64,000 bases of DNA, taken from assembly GCA_963729715.1 (NCBI GenBank), contig CAVSPA010000004.1:352001-416000 (forward strand), read 5' to 3'. A program made the position numbers and the translations under genes. The notes beneath the pieces are model-generated. The model was given only the letters and a program-made list of their open reading frames with translations. It made no database searches and was not told the DNA's origin. Numbering within the stretch: position 1 is the stretch's first letter; each line of letters begins with the position of its first letter. This DNA comes from an uncultured delta proteobacterium (GTDB lineage Bacteria > Desulfobacterota > Syntrophia > Syntrophales > UBA2185). Shown here in pieces: positions 32,179 through 42,609 of this stretch.

Positions 32179-32556
32179 CTAACTTCGTGTGACATCGCCT
32201 CTTTGATCGACGGTATAGGTCGAACTGCCGCCGCTGTGGATTGCCTGCAATGTGAAGTCAACTATCGTGCCTGAGCCGCCTAATATCAATATTATGCTTA
32301 CATTAGCATTATATCCATAGCTCGAGAGAAGATTCACCGAAACCGTTCCCCCCGGTGAAACGCTGAAGAATGCCTGTGAAGCCGTGTATGCGCTTTTCAC
32401 GGCCATGTTCGCTGATACGTTGTAGGCCCTTGTTCTGTATGCCACGAACTGCGGTATGGCAATGGCTGCTAGGAGGCTGAGGATAAGAACAACAAATAAC
32501 AACTCGATGGTAGTGAAGCCTCTCTGGCTTCTCTTCTTGTAATATCCCCGGATCAT
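32179..32556 (-). CDS. Type IV pilin-like protein
   Basis: Prepilin cleavage motif QRG/FTTIELL followed by a hydrophobic helix and AIPQF. Confidence 0.85.
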   Translation of the reverse strand: MIRGYYKKRSQRGFTTIELLFVVLILSLLAAIAIPQFVAYRTRAYNVSANMAVKSAYTASQAFFSVSPGGTVSVNLLSSYGYNANVSIILILGGSGTIVDFTLQAIHSGGSSTYTVDQRGDVTRS

Positions 32557-32587
32557 TTTATCCTCTTGCGCGCTCCGAACCGCTCAT

Positions 32588-33241
32588 TCAGGCCTTCCAC
32601 TCGTCCTTCTTGGTAATATCGGGAATCCACTGCCAGTCTTTGCAATCGAAATAGTGTCGCCGCATGGGTAATCTTCTGCGGATATCCAATTCATTTCTGA
32701 ATTCTATCTCAAGATCCATAGTTAATTGCTTCCTATAATTAGCTTCAGACGTTTCATTGATCATAGCCTCAATTGTCTTGCCTTTTTTTGCAAGGATATC
32801 GGCGATTTCGAACCAGCCCTGACTAATTTGCTGGGGAAATATGTACCAGGTATTCTGACCGTTATAATCATCGCTGATATCAAACGACTCGCCATCGAGT
32901 TGAAAATTGCACCAGACCTTTGCGCGAAGCATCAGGGTGGAGGGATTACCGATGAGGAACAGACTACGACCTCTGTCATTATCTTTCTGAGGGACAAGTG
33001 TCATTGAATAATAGGACTCTAAAATATGTTCCCGCTCCCACCTTGCGCGGGCCAAGGATGCAATCAAATTCGTGTCATATGCATAAATGATCAACGCAAT
33101 AAGTGTCAGGGTAAGAACCACGAACGTGGCAATATTCAAAATACTTTCATCAAAAATATATGCTGAACAATACGAGACATACGCCGCAACTATCAACATA
33201 ACAATAATGATTACCCGAAGAGTATATCTCTGCATCGACAA
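32588..33241 (-). CDS. Hypothetical membrane-anchored protein
   Basis: 217-aa ORF with two N-terminal TM helices; GGAGG RBS. Confidence 0.6.
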   Translation of the reverse strand: MSMQRYTLRVIIIVMLIVAAYVSYCSAYIFDESILNIATFVVLTLTLIALIIYAYDTNLIASLARARWEREHILESYYSMTLVPQKDNDRGRSLFLIGNPSTLMLRAKVWCNFQLDGESFDISDDYNGQNTWYIFPQQISQGWFEIADILAKKGKTIEAMINETSEANYRKQLTMDLEIEFRNELDIRRRLPMRRHYFDCKDWQWIPDITKKDEWKA

Positions 33242-33678
33242 TAAACCTCCCTACCGCTATTGTTTGCTATAAACGGGAACTCTGATTACGCGCCATGCGA
33301 ACCGCCCCACTGTCTTTATGGATATAGCAAAGTGCCTTCGCCTCAAGAAGCTTTCCTTCCGGTGGGAAGTACGCCTATACCACCTTGCCACGGAGTATAT
33401 ATCCGATTTGAATCTTCTCATCAATAAAATAATCATAATTATAACTGTGAGATATAACATTCAATATAATACGGCATATTCATTTTGATCTGTAAACTGA
33501 AGACGCGAACATTTCCTCAGACATGAAATACTGCCTGTGAACGCTGTTTGATAAATTGCAGCGCAATGAAATGAATGAAGGAATAATATTAAAAAGCTCG
33601 ATTAGTCGGAGAATCGGTTAAATTGAATTTTTCTTGGTCATACGGGACAGGGTGAGACAGCTATTTATCCGGTTCATT

Positions 33679-33752
33679 TGGCTGGGAGACCAGGATTCGA
33701 ACCTGGATATACGGAGTCAGAGTCCGTTGTCCTACCATTGAACGATCCCCCA
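33679..33752 (-). tRNA. tRNA-Gln (anticodon CTG)
   Basis: Reverse complement TGGGGGATCGTTCAATGGTAGGACAACGGACTCTGACTCCGTATATCCAGGTTCGAATCCTGGTCTCCCAGCCA folds as a cloverleaf with encoded CCA. Confidence 0.95.
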
Positions 33753-34136
33753 GCAGTTTCGGTCCGTAATTCTATTTCGTCAACTGGGATAGGAAGCCTT
33801 CCTTCCCTTCCTGACATTTGTAGATTAAGGATGTCATCGCGATCACGACACGGTTCATGATGCCACTGGCGCGTCTAATAGCACTAAAGACGCTCATTAT
33901 CAATAAAAATTTTTCTCCGCTCCCTAACGAAAATACGACAGGGTGGCCTTTGTGTCTTCCCGAAAGAACCCTCTGCAGTTGGTCCGTTCTATCTCGCAAT
34001 TCACTGCTGCAAAAAGTCATTGAGTCCGTTGTATACTTAATCTAAACTTAGAAATACTCATTCGCGAGATTGACCTCGAATTTTTGATTTGTCGAGCCCT
34101 AGAACAGCAGATAGCCATTAACACCTTACCTTGCTC

Positions 34137-34421
34137 ATGACATTATGCCACAAATGCAAAAAAGAAATTGATGTTCCCAAAACAGTAGGACGGAAAGACA
34201 TCTGCCCTCTATGCCGGGCGGATCTTCGCTGCTGCCTCAACTGCCGCCACCATGACCTGAAGTATTACAATCAGTGCCGTGAGTCCCAGGCGGAAGGGGT
34301 CCTTGCTAAGGATCGAGCCAACTTCTGCGATTACTTCAAATTCAAAGATAGCGCCTCAGAAGGAACCGTAAAAGGCGATAAGGGCTCGGCGAGAAAGAAA
34401 CTCGATGATCTTTTCAAATAG
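34137..34421 (+). CDS. Small Cys-rich (probable Zn-binding) hypothetical protein
   Basis: CxxC...CxxC...CxxC...C...ANFCDYF. Confidence 0.7.
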   Translation: MTLCHKCKKEIDVPKTVGRKDICPLCRADLRCCLNCRHHDLKYYNQCRESQAEGVLAKDRANFCDYFKFKDSASEGTVKGDKGSARKKLDDLFK

Positions 34422-34477
34422 GATGGGCGCCCCGCCGACGCGAAAACAGGTAGATTCTCGCAGAACTGTCGAGGCAG

Positions 34478-34493
34478 ATTGACATAAGTCAAT
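34478..34493. promoter_or_regulatory. CRP/FNR-family (HcpR-type) binding site
   Basis: Palindrome ATTGAC-ATAA-GTCAAT about 90 bp upstream of hcp. Confidence 0.7.
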
Positions 34494-34579
34494 GACCGAT
34501 GAAAATGTTTGTGCCATACTTGATCATATTCCGGTTCTTTCTCTCAACCAAATGACAAATCTTTTAAAGGAGACCCACT

Positions 34580-36209
34580 ATATTTTGCTACCAATGTGAA
34601 CAAGCGACGGAAGGTGAGGCGTGTACCAAGGCCGGCGTCTGCGGCAAGCAGGCAGACGTGGCTGCATTACAGGACCTATTGACATATGCACTGACAGGGC
34701 TTTCTCTCGTTACCATCGAAGGGAGGAAGGTTGGCATCGCAGACCGTGACATCGATGTGTTTATCTGCGGCTCTCTTTTTGCCACGCTAACCAATGTCAA
34801 CTTTGATCCCGAACGATTTACAAACCTTAGCCGGCGTTGCGTTCAATACAGAGATGCCTCCTTATCAAGGTCAAGGGGGCTGGCGGCAATGTCCATTTCG
34901 CACACGATCCCGTGCGTTTCAAACCCGCCGGAACCACCGATAAACTGGTCTCCCAGGGCGAGAAAACAGGTTTGAAATCGTATCCGGCCGCGAGCGATGA
35001 TGTTCTCTCCCTCAAGCACATAGCCCTCTTCGGCATACGCGGAATTGCGGCCTATGCCGATCATGCTGCGATTCTCGGCAAGGAGGATGCTGCGTTATAT
35101 GCGTTTATGCAGGAAGGGTTGGTCCAGCTTGTAAATGAAAATATGACACTCGACGAAGCAATCAATCTGGTTCTCAAGTGCGGCGAGATGAATCTCAGGG
35201 CAATGGAACTCCTTGATGCCGCACATACAGGCACCTATGGTCATCCTGTCCCGACCAAGGTTCCCCTTGGCTCAAAGAAGGGCAAGGCTATCCTTGTCTC
35301 GGGGCATGATCTTAAAGACTTGGAAGAGCTCCTGAAGCAGACTGCAGGAAAGGGCATCTATGTGTACGCGCACGGAGAGATGCTCCCATCGCACGGCTAT
35401 CCGGACCTCAAAAGCTACGAACATTTCTACGGGCACTATGGTACGGCCTGGCAGAATCAGGCAAAGGAGTTTGGCGAATTTCCCGGAGCCATCCTCATGA
35501 CGACGAACTGCATCCAGAGGCCGCAGTCATCATATTTGTCGAATATCTTTACTTCCGGCCAGGTAGGTTGGCCCAATGTCAGCCATATTACAAACCGTGA
35601 TTTCACAGCGGTGATCAAAAAAGCTCTCGAACTTCCCGGCTTCGCCGCCGATACGGGCAGAGGATCTGTCACCGTGGGCTTCGGCAGGAATGCCATACTG
35701 AGTGTTGCCGATAAGATCATTGAAGCCGTCAAGAATAAGAGAGTATCCGCAATTTCTTCCTAGTCGCCGGGTGCGACGGCGCAAAGCCGGGCCGCAACTA
35801 TTACACAAAGTTTGCCGAGCTGATTCCGAAGGATTGCGTGGTCCTTACACTCGCCTGTGGAAAGTTTCGCTTTTTTGATAAAGACCTGGGAGACATTGCA
35901 GGGATTCCGAGATTGATCGACGTCGGACAGTGCAACGACGCCTATTCAGCGATTCAGGTCGCCGTGGCTCTTTCCAAGGCGTTTGGCGTCGGTGTAAACG
36001 AGCTGCCACTTTCTATGGTGCTCTCGTGGTACGAGCAGAAGGCTGTCGCCATTCTCCTGACACTGCTCGCCCTCGGCATAAAGGATATTCGCCTGGGTCC
36101 GTCGCTTCCGGAGTTCACCTCACCTAATGTTCGTGATTTTCTCGTAAAGACGTTCGATCTCAAACCTATCACAACGCCGGAGGCGGATTTGAAGGCCATC
36201 CTCGGTTAA
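34580..36209 (+). pseudogene. hcp: Hybrid cluster protein (hydroxylamine reductase), degenerate
   Basis: After an AAGGAG RBS the start reads ATA-FCYQCEQ...CTKAGVCGK; frameshifts near 34860 and 35741 split SGHDL, HGEMLP, GCDG, GQCNDAY and SWYEQKA over three frames. Confidence 0.88.
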
Positions 36210-36368
36210 GACGCTAACTTGCTTCAGCCATATCATTGCCTGCGATTTCTCTCGGCCGTCTGCGCGCACTCTCTGTGCACACACACCATGGCGTCGTTGA
36301 CAAATCCCACGGCATCAAAATTCACCCAAGCATCAGTAGCTCGATTTCGACATGGACCGCAGGACACA

Positions 36369-36947
36369 TCAGTCGAGTGAACCGACCTCTTCATACCGGA
36401 AACAATCCACGAGATGATCATTGACCATCCCCACTGCCTGCATGAAAGCATAGCAGACAGTCGGACCTGCGAATTTAAACCCGTACCGTTGCAGATCCTC
36501 ACTCAGGGCCTTGGATTCGCCTGTCTGGGCCGGAATATCATCCCCTGATCGATATTGATTCTGCTTCGGTCGGCCGCCAACGAATCTCCAGACATATTCC
36601 TTAAAACTGCCGAACTCCTTCTGCAGAGTGAGGAACGACTTTGCATTCGCGATTGCCGCCTCAATCTTCAGCCTATTTCGTATGATGTTCTCATCCGCAA
36701 GCAGCTTGCGGACCTTGCTTTTTCTATAAACTGCAACTGCGGAGGGATCAAAGTTATCAAAAGCAGCACGGAAGCTTGCCCGCTTTTTCAAAACAGTTTC
36801 CCAACTCAGGCCTGCCTGCATGCCCTCGAGGATAAGAAACTCAAATAGGACTCGATCATCATGAATCGGCACACCCCATTCAAGATCGTGATAGTCTATA
36901 AGTGCTGCGGTATCAGCCCACTCACAACGGTGACTTTTCACAGGCAT
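36369..36947 (-). CDS. tag: DNA-3-methyladenine glycosylase I
   Basis: RCEWA, YHDLEWG, EGMQAGLSW, GMVNDH motifs. Confidence 0.92.
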   Translation of the reverse strand: MPVKSHRCEWADTAALIDYHDLEWGVPIHDDRVLFEFLILEGMQAGLSWETVLKKRASFRAAFDNFDPSAVAVYRKSKVRKLLADENIIRNRLKIEAAIANAKSFLTLQKEFGSFKEYVWRFVGGRPKQNQYRSGDDIPAQTGESKALSEDLQRYGFKFAGPTVCYAFMQAVGMVNDHLVDCFRYEEVGSLD

Positions 36948-37266
36948 CCTCCAAGCTGTCAGGCCGGCCTCTATTACTTCCACCCGATGAACCGAAGTCG
37001 CAAATCACTGTTAAGAATAATTCGTCTGTTTGTCAATAGTGAATATATTGTTAAATACAAATCGCGCGCGAATCCAACCTGGATTTCACATCTACAGAAA
37101 TATGTTGTAGAAGAATGAGAAAGGGGGTAAATAGTAGAGCAACGGAAAAGATGAATAACAGGATTTCCCCCTTCGGTCTAAATTCCGGCAGTATCGTGAA
37201 TTACTAATATCTCTCTCGGAATCTACCTCCAGCAAACCAACGGGCGCGAAATGACACGGAGCTCCT

Positions 37267-39630
37267 ATGCCCACTTTGACGATCAAAGAACTGCTGTCCC
37301 GGAAGGAAAATGACCGGCGCTTCATGGAAAACGTGCGGGCGATGAAGAAGCTGCCCGCATTTGAGGGCAAGTTCTCTCCCTTCCCCGATTGGGTTCACCC
37401 GAGCATTCAATCCGTCCTCAAGGCAAGAGGAATATATCAACTTTACAGCCACCAGGCCGAGGCGGTGCATCTGGTGGGAAAAGGCCGTGATGTGGTGATC
37501 ATCACCCCGACAGCGAGCGGAAAGACCCTCTGTTACAACATTCCCGTTCTCCACAAAATCATTGAAGAACCGGAATCACGCGCCATCTACATCTTTCCCA
37601 CTAAGGCCCTCGCCCAGGACCAGATGCAGGAGGTGCACAGTCTGATCACCGCCCTCCGGGCGGACATAAAGACATATACCTACGACGGCGACACACCGGA
37701 CGATGCCCGGCAGGCCATACGCAAGCAGGGACATGTAGTGGTCACGAATCCGGACATGCTCCATGCGGGAATACTGCCCCACCACACCAAATGGCAGAAG
37801 CTTTTTGCAAATCTCAAATACATAGTTATAGACGAGCTTCACGTTTACAGAGGGGTATTCGGCTCACATTTTACAAACGTTATCAGGCGCCTCGTCAGGA
37901 TTTGCCGTTTTTACGGCCGGGAACCTGTCTTCATCTGCTGTTCGGCAACGGTGGCGAACCCCAAAGAACATTCTGAGCGTCTACTGGAGCGGTCCGTGGA
38001 ATTGATCGACAAGAGCGGCGCTCCGACGGCTGCGAAGACGTTTATCATGTACAATCCGCCCATCGTCAATCGTGAGCTGGGAATCCGTCAATCTGCAATG
38101 ACACCGGCGAGAAAGCTGGCAACAGAACTTATCCAAAATGAAATCCAGACTATCGTATTTACCACGAGCCGCCTCACTGTCGAGATACTCACAAAGTATC
38201 TCAAGGATCAATTTGCCAAAGGGAAGGCTCTCGATACACACTTTGTTACGGGCTACCGGGGCGGTTATCTGCCCAATCTACGGAGGGAGATAGAACAGGG
38301 ACTCCGCGACCGCGAGGTAATGGGCGTGGTTTGCACTAACGCCCTCGAGCTCGGAATCGACATCGGCGACCTGGAATCATGCATAATGGTGGGGTATCCC
38401 GGTTCTATCGCGAGCACGTGGCAGCAGGCAGGCCGTGCCGGAAGACGGATGGGGCACAGCTTGGCCATACTCATTGCCCGGAGTAACCCGATGGATCAGT
38501 TCATCGTGGAGAACCCGGACTACTTCTTTTCCCGGTCACCGGAGCACTGCCGCGTCAATCCCGAAAATCTCCTGATACTCCTTCACCACCTGAAGAGCGC
38601 CGCCTTTGAACTTCCCTTCGAGAAAGGAGAACGCTTCGGGAACGAAAATCTTGAAGAGCTCCTTAACTATCTTGAAGAGAAAGGCGTCCTGCACAAGGTG
38701 GATGACCGCTGGCACTGGACGGCGGAAAGCTATCCCGCGGATGAAGTGAGCCTCCGGAGCATCAATCCTGAAAATGTCGTGGTCGTGGACGCCACGGAAG
38801 CAGGGGCGCATAAAGTTATCGCCGAGATAGACTGGGACAGCGCCTTTTCCATGGTTCATGACGATGCCATCTACATGGTAGAATCACAGCAGTTCTATGT
38901 AGACAAGCTCGATCTCGAACGGAAGACCGCGTTTGTACACAAGGTCGATGTGGATTATTACACCGATGCCATGACGTACACAAATGTCCGGGTCATCGAC
39001 AGCTTTTCCCAGAAATACCGGCAAAAGATCATCGTTGAACATGGCGAAGTGCAAGTGGTGCGAAAGATTGTGGGGTATAAGAAGATTAAATTTTACACGT
39101 CGGAGAATCTTGGCTACGGGGATGTGACACTGCCGGAAAGAGATATGCACACGACGAGCTACTGGTTCACCATTCCCAGGGATATGCTCAACGGTCTCTC
39201 CTACGCGCAGTCGGAGATAATTGACGGACTTGCTGGCCTAGCTTACAGCCTTCATCACCTTGCATCGATGCTCCTTATGTCAGACGCGCACGATATTGAC
39301 AGATGCATCGGCGACAAGAGCGGTGAATGGTTTGTCCGCCATGGAGCCGGATCGCGTTACATTACAACTTCGCCTCAAAGCGCCAAAAATGCAACAGGCG
39401 TGATGGCGGACGCCTTTGACCCAACTGTGTTTATCTTTGATGCCTATCCGGGCGGGATCGGTTTTTCGGACCTTCTCTATCAAGAGCATGATCGCCTGCT
39501 TGCCTCAGCACTGAGCCTCATTCGGAGCTGTCCTTGCAGACACGGCTGTCCAAGTTGTGTGGGACCTACACTCGAGGTAGGTCCTACTGCCAAGGAAACG
39601 GTCCTTGCCATACTTGATTTGATTATCTAG
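37267..39630 (+). CDS. DEAH-box helicase with C-terminal DUF1998 Zn domain (MrfA/YprA/Hrq1-like)
   Basis: TPTASGKT, DELH, TNALELGIDIG, QQAGRAGR, CPCRHGCPSC. Confidence 0.92.
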   Translation: MPTLTIKELLSRKENDRRFMENVRAMKKLPAFEGKFSPFPDWVHPSIQSVLKARGIYQLYSHQAEAVHLVGKGRDVVIITPTASGKTLCYNIPVLHKIIEEPESRAIYIFPTKALAQDQMQEVHSLITALRADIKTYTYDGDTPDDARQAIRKQGHVVVTNPDMLHAGILPHHTKWQKLFANLKYIVIDELHVYRGVFGSHFTNVIRRLVRICRFYGREPVFICCSATVANPKEHSERLLERSVELIDKSGAPTAAKTFIMYNPPIVNRELGIRQSAMTPARKLATELIQNEIQTIVFTTSRLTVEILTKYLKDQFAKGKALDTHFVTGYRGGYLPNLRREIEQGLRDREVMGVVCTNALELGIDIGDLESCIMVGYPGSIASTWQQAGRAGRRMGHSLAILIARSNPMDQFIVENPDYFFSRSPEHCRVNPENLLILLHHLKSAAFELPFEKGERFGNENLEELLNYLEEKGVLHKVDDRWHWTAESYPADEVSLRSINPENVVVVDATEAGAHKVIAEIDWDSAFSMVHDDAIYMVESQQFYVDKLDLERKTAFVHKVDVDYYTDAMTYTNVRVIDSFSQKYRQKIIVEHGEVQVVRKIVGYKKIKFYTSENLGYGDVTLPERDMHTTSYWFTIPRDMLNGLSYAQSEIIDGLAGLAYSLHHLASMLLMSDAHDIDRCIGDKSGEWFVRHGAGSRYITTSPQSAKNATGVMADAFDPTVFIFDAYPGGIGFSDLLYQEHDRLLASALSLIRSCPCRHGCPSCVGPTLEVGPTAKETVLAILDLII

Positions 39631-39635
39631 AAGAC

Positions 39636-40943
39636 ATGAGCACAATCAAACGGCTACAGCGCCTGACAGGCGAGAACTCACCCAAGCAAAAGAAATCCCC
39701 AAGGGCTGATGAGATCAGCGAACTACGGAGGCGCATCGAAGCCATCACATCGCGGCGGCCCGCGGGTACGCAGAAAGCCGCTCCCAGGCTGTATGAAAGC
39801 CGCCTCCCTCTTCAGGACGCGATTCGAGGCGATGAGGTTGCCAACGCCTTTGGAAAATTATTCATCGTCCATGCGCACTATGCGGGTTCATCGAAGCACG
39901 GAAACCGCAGTATCAGAGAAATGGCGGCCCTCGATATGAAGGCCGCGGCGATTCTCGCCAATGACGCCGATATCGCTTCGTTCGACTGCAAAGATGCCCT
40001 ATTTCTTGACACAGAAACCACCGGACTGGCAGGCGGGACAGGCACGTTTGCTTTTCTCATCGGTCTCGGTTGGTTTGAAGCTGGCACATTCCGTACGCAA
40101 CAGCTATTTGCCCGTGATTTCTCCGAAGAAAAGGCCTGTCTCCACTTTCTGCTCGAAGTGGCGCAAGACAAGAGCTTTCTCGTAACCTACAATGGCAAGA
40201 CCTTCGATGTTGGTCTTCTATCTACGCGCTTCATCCTTAACCGTCTGCCTGACGGCCTGACAGCCATGCCCCATCTCGATCTCCTTCACCCGGCCCGTCG
40301 CCTCTTCGGGCATCGACTTGAAAATAATCGTCTCTCCACCATGGAGAAAGATATCATTGGATTTCATCGTTACGACGATATACCGGGAAGTGAGATTCCT
40401 CAGCGCTACTTCGATTGGCTTAGATACCGCGATGCCCACCTCTTGGCCGATATCTTTGAACACAACCGCCTTGACGTCGTTTCCATGGCGGCCCTTTCGG
40501 TTCACCTTGCGGAATTGTTGGACTCCAAACCCGATATCGTACGGAACGAACATGCTGACCTTCTGGCGGCGGCGCGCCTCCTCGTTGACCGCGGGGACCA
40601 GTCAGGCGCACGGACCATCCTCGAAGCACTATCAGAGTCAGATAACCCCCGCGCAGCCGATGAAGCAAGGAGAAGCCTTTCCCTAATCCACAAACGCCAC
40701 GGGCGCTGGAAAGACGCCATCCAGATATGGGAAACAATGCTTCTCAACAATGCCGGTAACTTTTTTGCCGTGGAAGAAATGGCTAAATATCTCGAGCATA
40801 GACGGCGTGATTTTAAGAAAGCTATCGAGATAATAAACGAAGCTCTCAGCCTTCCCCATCCTCGAACAGCGTTGGAAAGGGATGCATTGTTTTACCGCCT
40901 CAGGCGCCTTCAGGGCCGTGCCTCCTGCCTTACTGGCGAATAG
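39636..40943 (+). CDS. RNase H-like exonuclease with TPR (MrfB/YprB-like)
   Basis: FLDTETTGL, TYNGKTFD, HLDLLH, HNRLDV motifs; directly downstream of the MrfA-like helicase. Confidence 0.88.
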   Translation: MSTIKRLQRLTGENSPKQKKSPRADEISELRRRIEAITSRRPAGTQKAAPRLYESRLPLQDAIRGDEVANAFGKLFIVHAHYAGSSKHGNRSIREMAALDMKAAAILANDADIASFDCKDALFLDTETTGLAGGTGTFAFLIGLGWFEAGTFRTQQLFARDFSEEKACLHFLLEVAQDKSFLVTYNGKTFDVGLLSTRFILNRLPDGLTAMPHLDLLHPARRLFGHRLENNRLSTMEKDIIGFHRYDDIPGSEIPQRYFDWLRYRDAHLLADIFEHNRLDVVSMAALSVHLAELLDSKPDIVRNEHADLLAAARLLVDRGDQSGARTILEALSESDNPRAADEARRSLSLIHKRHGRWKDAIQIWETMLLNNAGNFFAVEEMAKYLEHRRRDFKKAIEIINEALSLPHPRTALERDALFYRLRRLQGRASCLTGE

Positions 40944-41092
40944 AACAGTAATTCGCGGAAATTCCGCATATTTTTAATCGATTATTATTGACAAATAAAT
41001 GACAAGCGCTTAGATTATACCCAATTTCTATGTCGTGTTTAGAGATCCGCTTTGCAACGTAGGCAGTCTCAAACAATAATGCATCTCGGGGT

Positions 41093-41392
41093 ATGATAGT
41101 GAGCAAATTGATAAACACCTACAGGTGTAAGAAAAAGGGGCATTTAATATCAGAGGCCTGCCAGGATGCGACCTGCGAATGGCGGCTTAAGAACGAAACT
41201 TTTTTGAACTGTACATGGGTTGCTTGCAATTATGGACCTTTTACACTTGAGGAAGTAGGTGAGATGATGGGTGTAACCCGTGAGAGAATAAGGCAAATAG
41301 AAGCAAAAGCTCTCAAGAAACTGCAACACAAGAAAAGAAGGGAACAACTGAAGGATTTTGCGTCACCGGATAGTGACTGGGATTTTATATAA
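41093..41392 (+). CDS. Small protein with a Cys-rich N-terminus and a sigma70 region-4 HTH
   Basis: [27 protein letters not shown] closely matches RpoD region 4.2. Confidence 0.8.
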   Translation: MIVSKLINTYRCKKKGHLISEACQDATCEWRLKNETFLNCTWVACNYGPFTLEEVGEMMGVTRERIRQIEAKALKKLQHKKRREQLKDFASPDSDWDFI

Positions 41393-41401
41393 GCTCGCAG
41401 T

Positions 41402-41686
41402 TCACCTATATCGATTTACCATGTCATTGAGATCTTTACCAACCTTAAAGAAAGGCACTTTTCTCGCGGGAAGGTTTACCGCAACGGAGGTTTTCGGATT
41501 TCTGCCCTGGATCTGTCTCCGGTTTCTCACCGTGAAATTTCCGAAGCCCCTGATCTCTATCCGTTCACCTCTCTTCAGGGCGCCGCTCATTGCTTCGAAA
41601 ATAAGATAAACCACGTAGCTTATATCTTTGGGAGGATATTCCCCAACTTTTTCCTGAACCCTCTTCACCAGATCTTTCTTTGTCAT
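41402..41686 (-). CDS. ihfB: Integration host factor beta subunit
   Basis: ERIEIRGFGNF, GRNPKT, PFFKVGKDL; located downstream of rpsA-sppA. Confidence 0.88.
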   Translation of the reverse strand: MTKKDLVKRVQEKVGEYPPKDISYVVYLIFEAMSGALKRGERIEIRGFGNFTVRNRRQIQGRNPKTSVAVNLPARKVPFFKVGKDLNDMVNRYR

Positions 41687-41697
41687 AAAACAGCGCT

Positions 41698-42600
41698 CTA
41701 ATTGTAATCCGCAATCGGCGAATAATACAGAATGCCATTGAACTGCTCTGCTTTTCCACGCATCTGAAGCTCAAGGGCCGTAAACATCTCCCGAAAAAAA
41801 TAATCCCAGAATCTTAATCCTTTTTTCTTTGGGTATATGACCTCAGGCTTCCCCTTTATTCCGGAGATCTCGCCGGCAAGCGCCACGGCATATCCCATGT
41901 CACCCAAATAGTCGACGAGACCCAATTTCTGAGCCTGTCTTCCCGTAAAAATCCTCCCATCAGCGATCTTTCGCAGGTTCTCCTTGGGGATTTTTCTGTC
42001 GCGGGCCACCATATCAAGAAACTGATCGTATATATCATCAACCAGTTCTTGAATTAACGCCCTTTCTTCCGACGTCATCGCCCTTACCGGTGAGCCTATG
42101 TCTTTGAACTTTCCGCTCTTAACGACTGATGCTTTAAGGCCCAACTTCTTTAGCAGCTCCTCGGCATTGGCAAAGTGCATGACAGCGGAAATACTGCCCG
42201 TAATAGTTCCCGGATTGGCTACAATCTTATCCGTGGCACAGGCAATCATATAACCTCCGGATGCTGCGAGAGACCCCATGGATGTTACAACTTTCTTCTT
42301 TTTTTTCAGTTCAATGACGGCCTGGTAGATCTCCTGCGAGGAAGCAACCCCTCCTCCAGGCGAATCAATTCTCAGCACAACTGCCTTGACGGCGTCGTCT
42401 TTGCCAAATTGATTCAATTGTTCGAGAACATCACGGGTATCGCCAATGAACCCTTCGACTTTTACGACGCCTACCTTGTTATCAACCGCAAATGAATGCC
42501 TGTCTTCCCTTGGCCACCCTAAAACATAAACCAGCAGAAAGAACACTATTACGATCAAAAATAAGAGAAAGAAGCCTAATATTACGGGGTGTTTTCTCAC
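41698..42600 (-). CDS. sppA: Signal peptide peptidase SppA (S49)
   Basis: IDSPGG, AASGGY, ITGSIS, DGRIFTGRQA motifs. Confidence 0.9.
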   Translation of the reverse strand: MRKHPVILGFFLLFLIVIVFFLLVYVLGWPREDRHSFAVDNKVGVVKVEGFIGDTRDVLEQLNQFGKDDAVKAVVLRIDSPGGGVASSQEIYQAVIELKKKKKVVTSMGSLAASGGYMIACATDKIVANPGTITGSISAVMHFANAEELLKKLGLKASVVKSGKFKDIGSPVRAMTSEERALIQELVDDIYDQFLDMVARDRKIPKENLRKIADGRIFTGRQAQKLGLVDYLGDMGYAVALAGEISGIKGKPEVIYPKKKGLRFWDYFFREMFTALELQMRGKAEQFNGILYYSPIADYN

Positions 42601-42609
42601 AGCTTGACA

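Noticed and set aside
33678..33860. 60-aa ORF MAGRPGFEPG...
   Set aside because: Antisense translation of the tRNA gene
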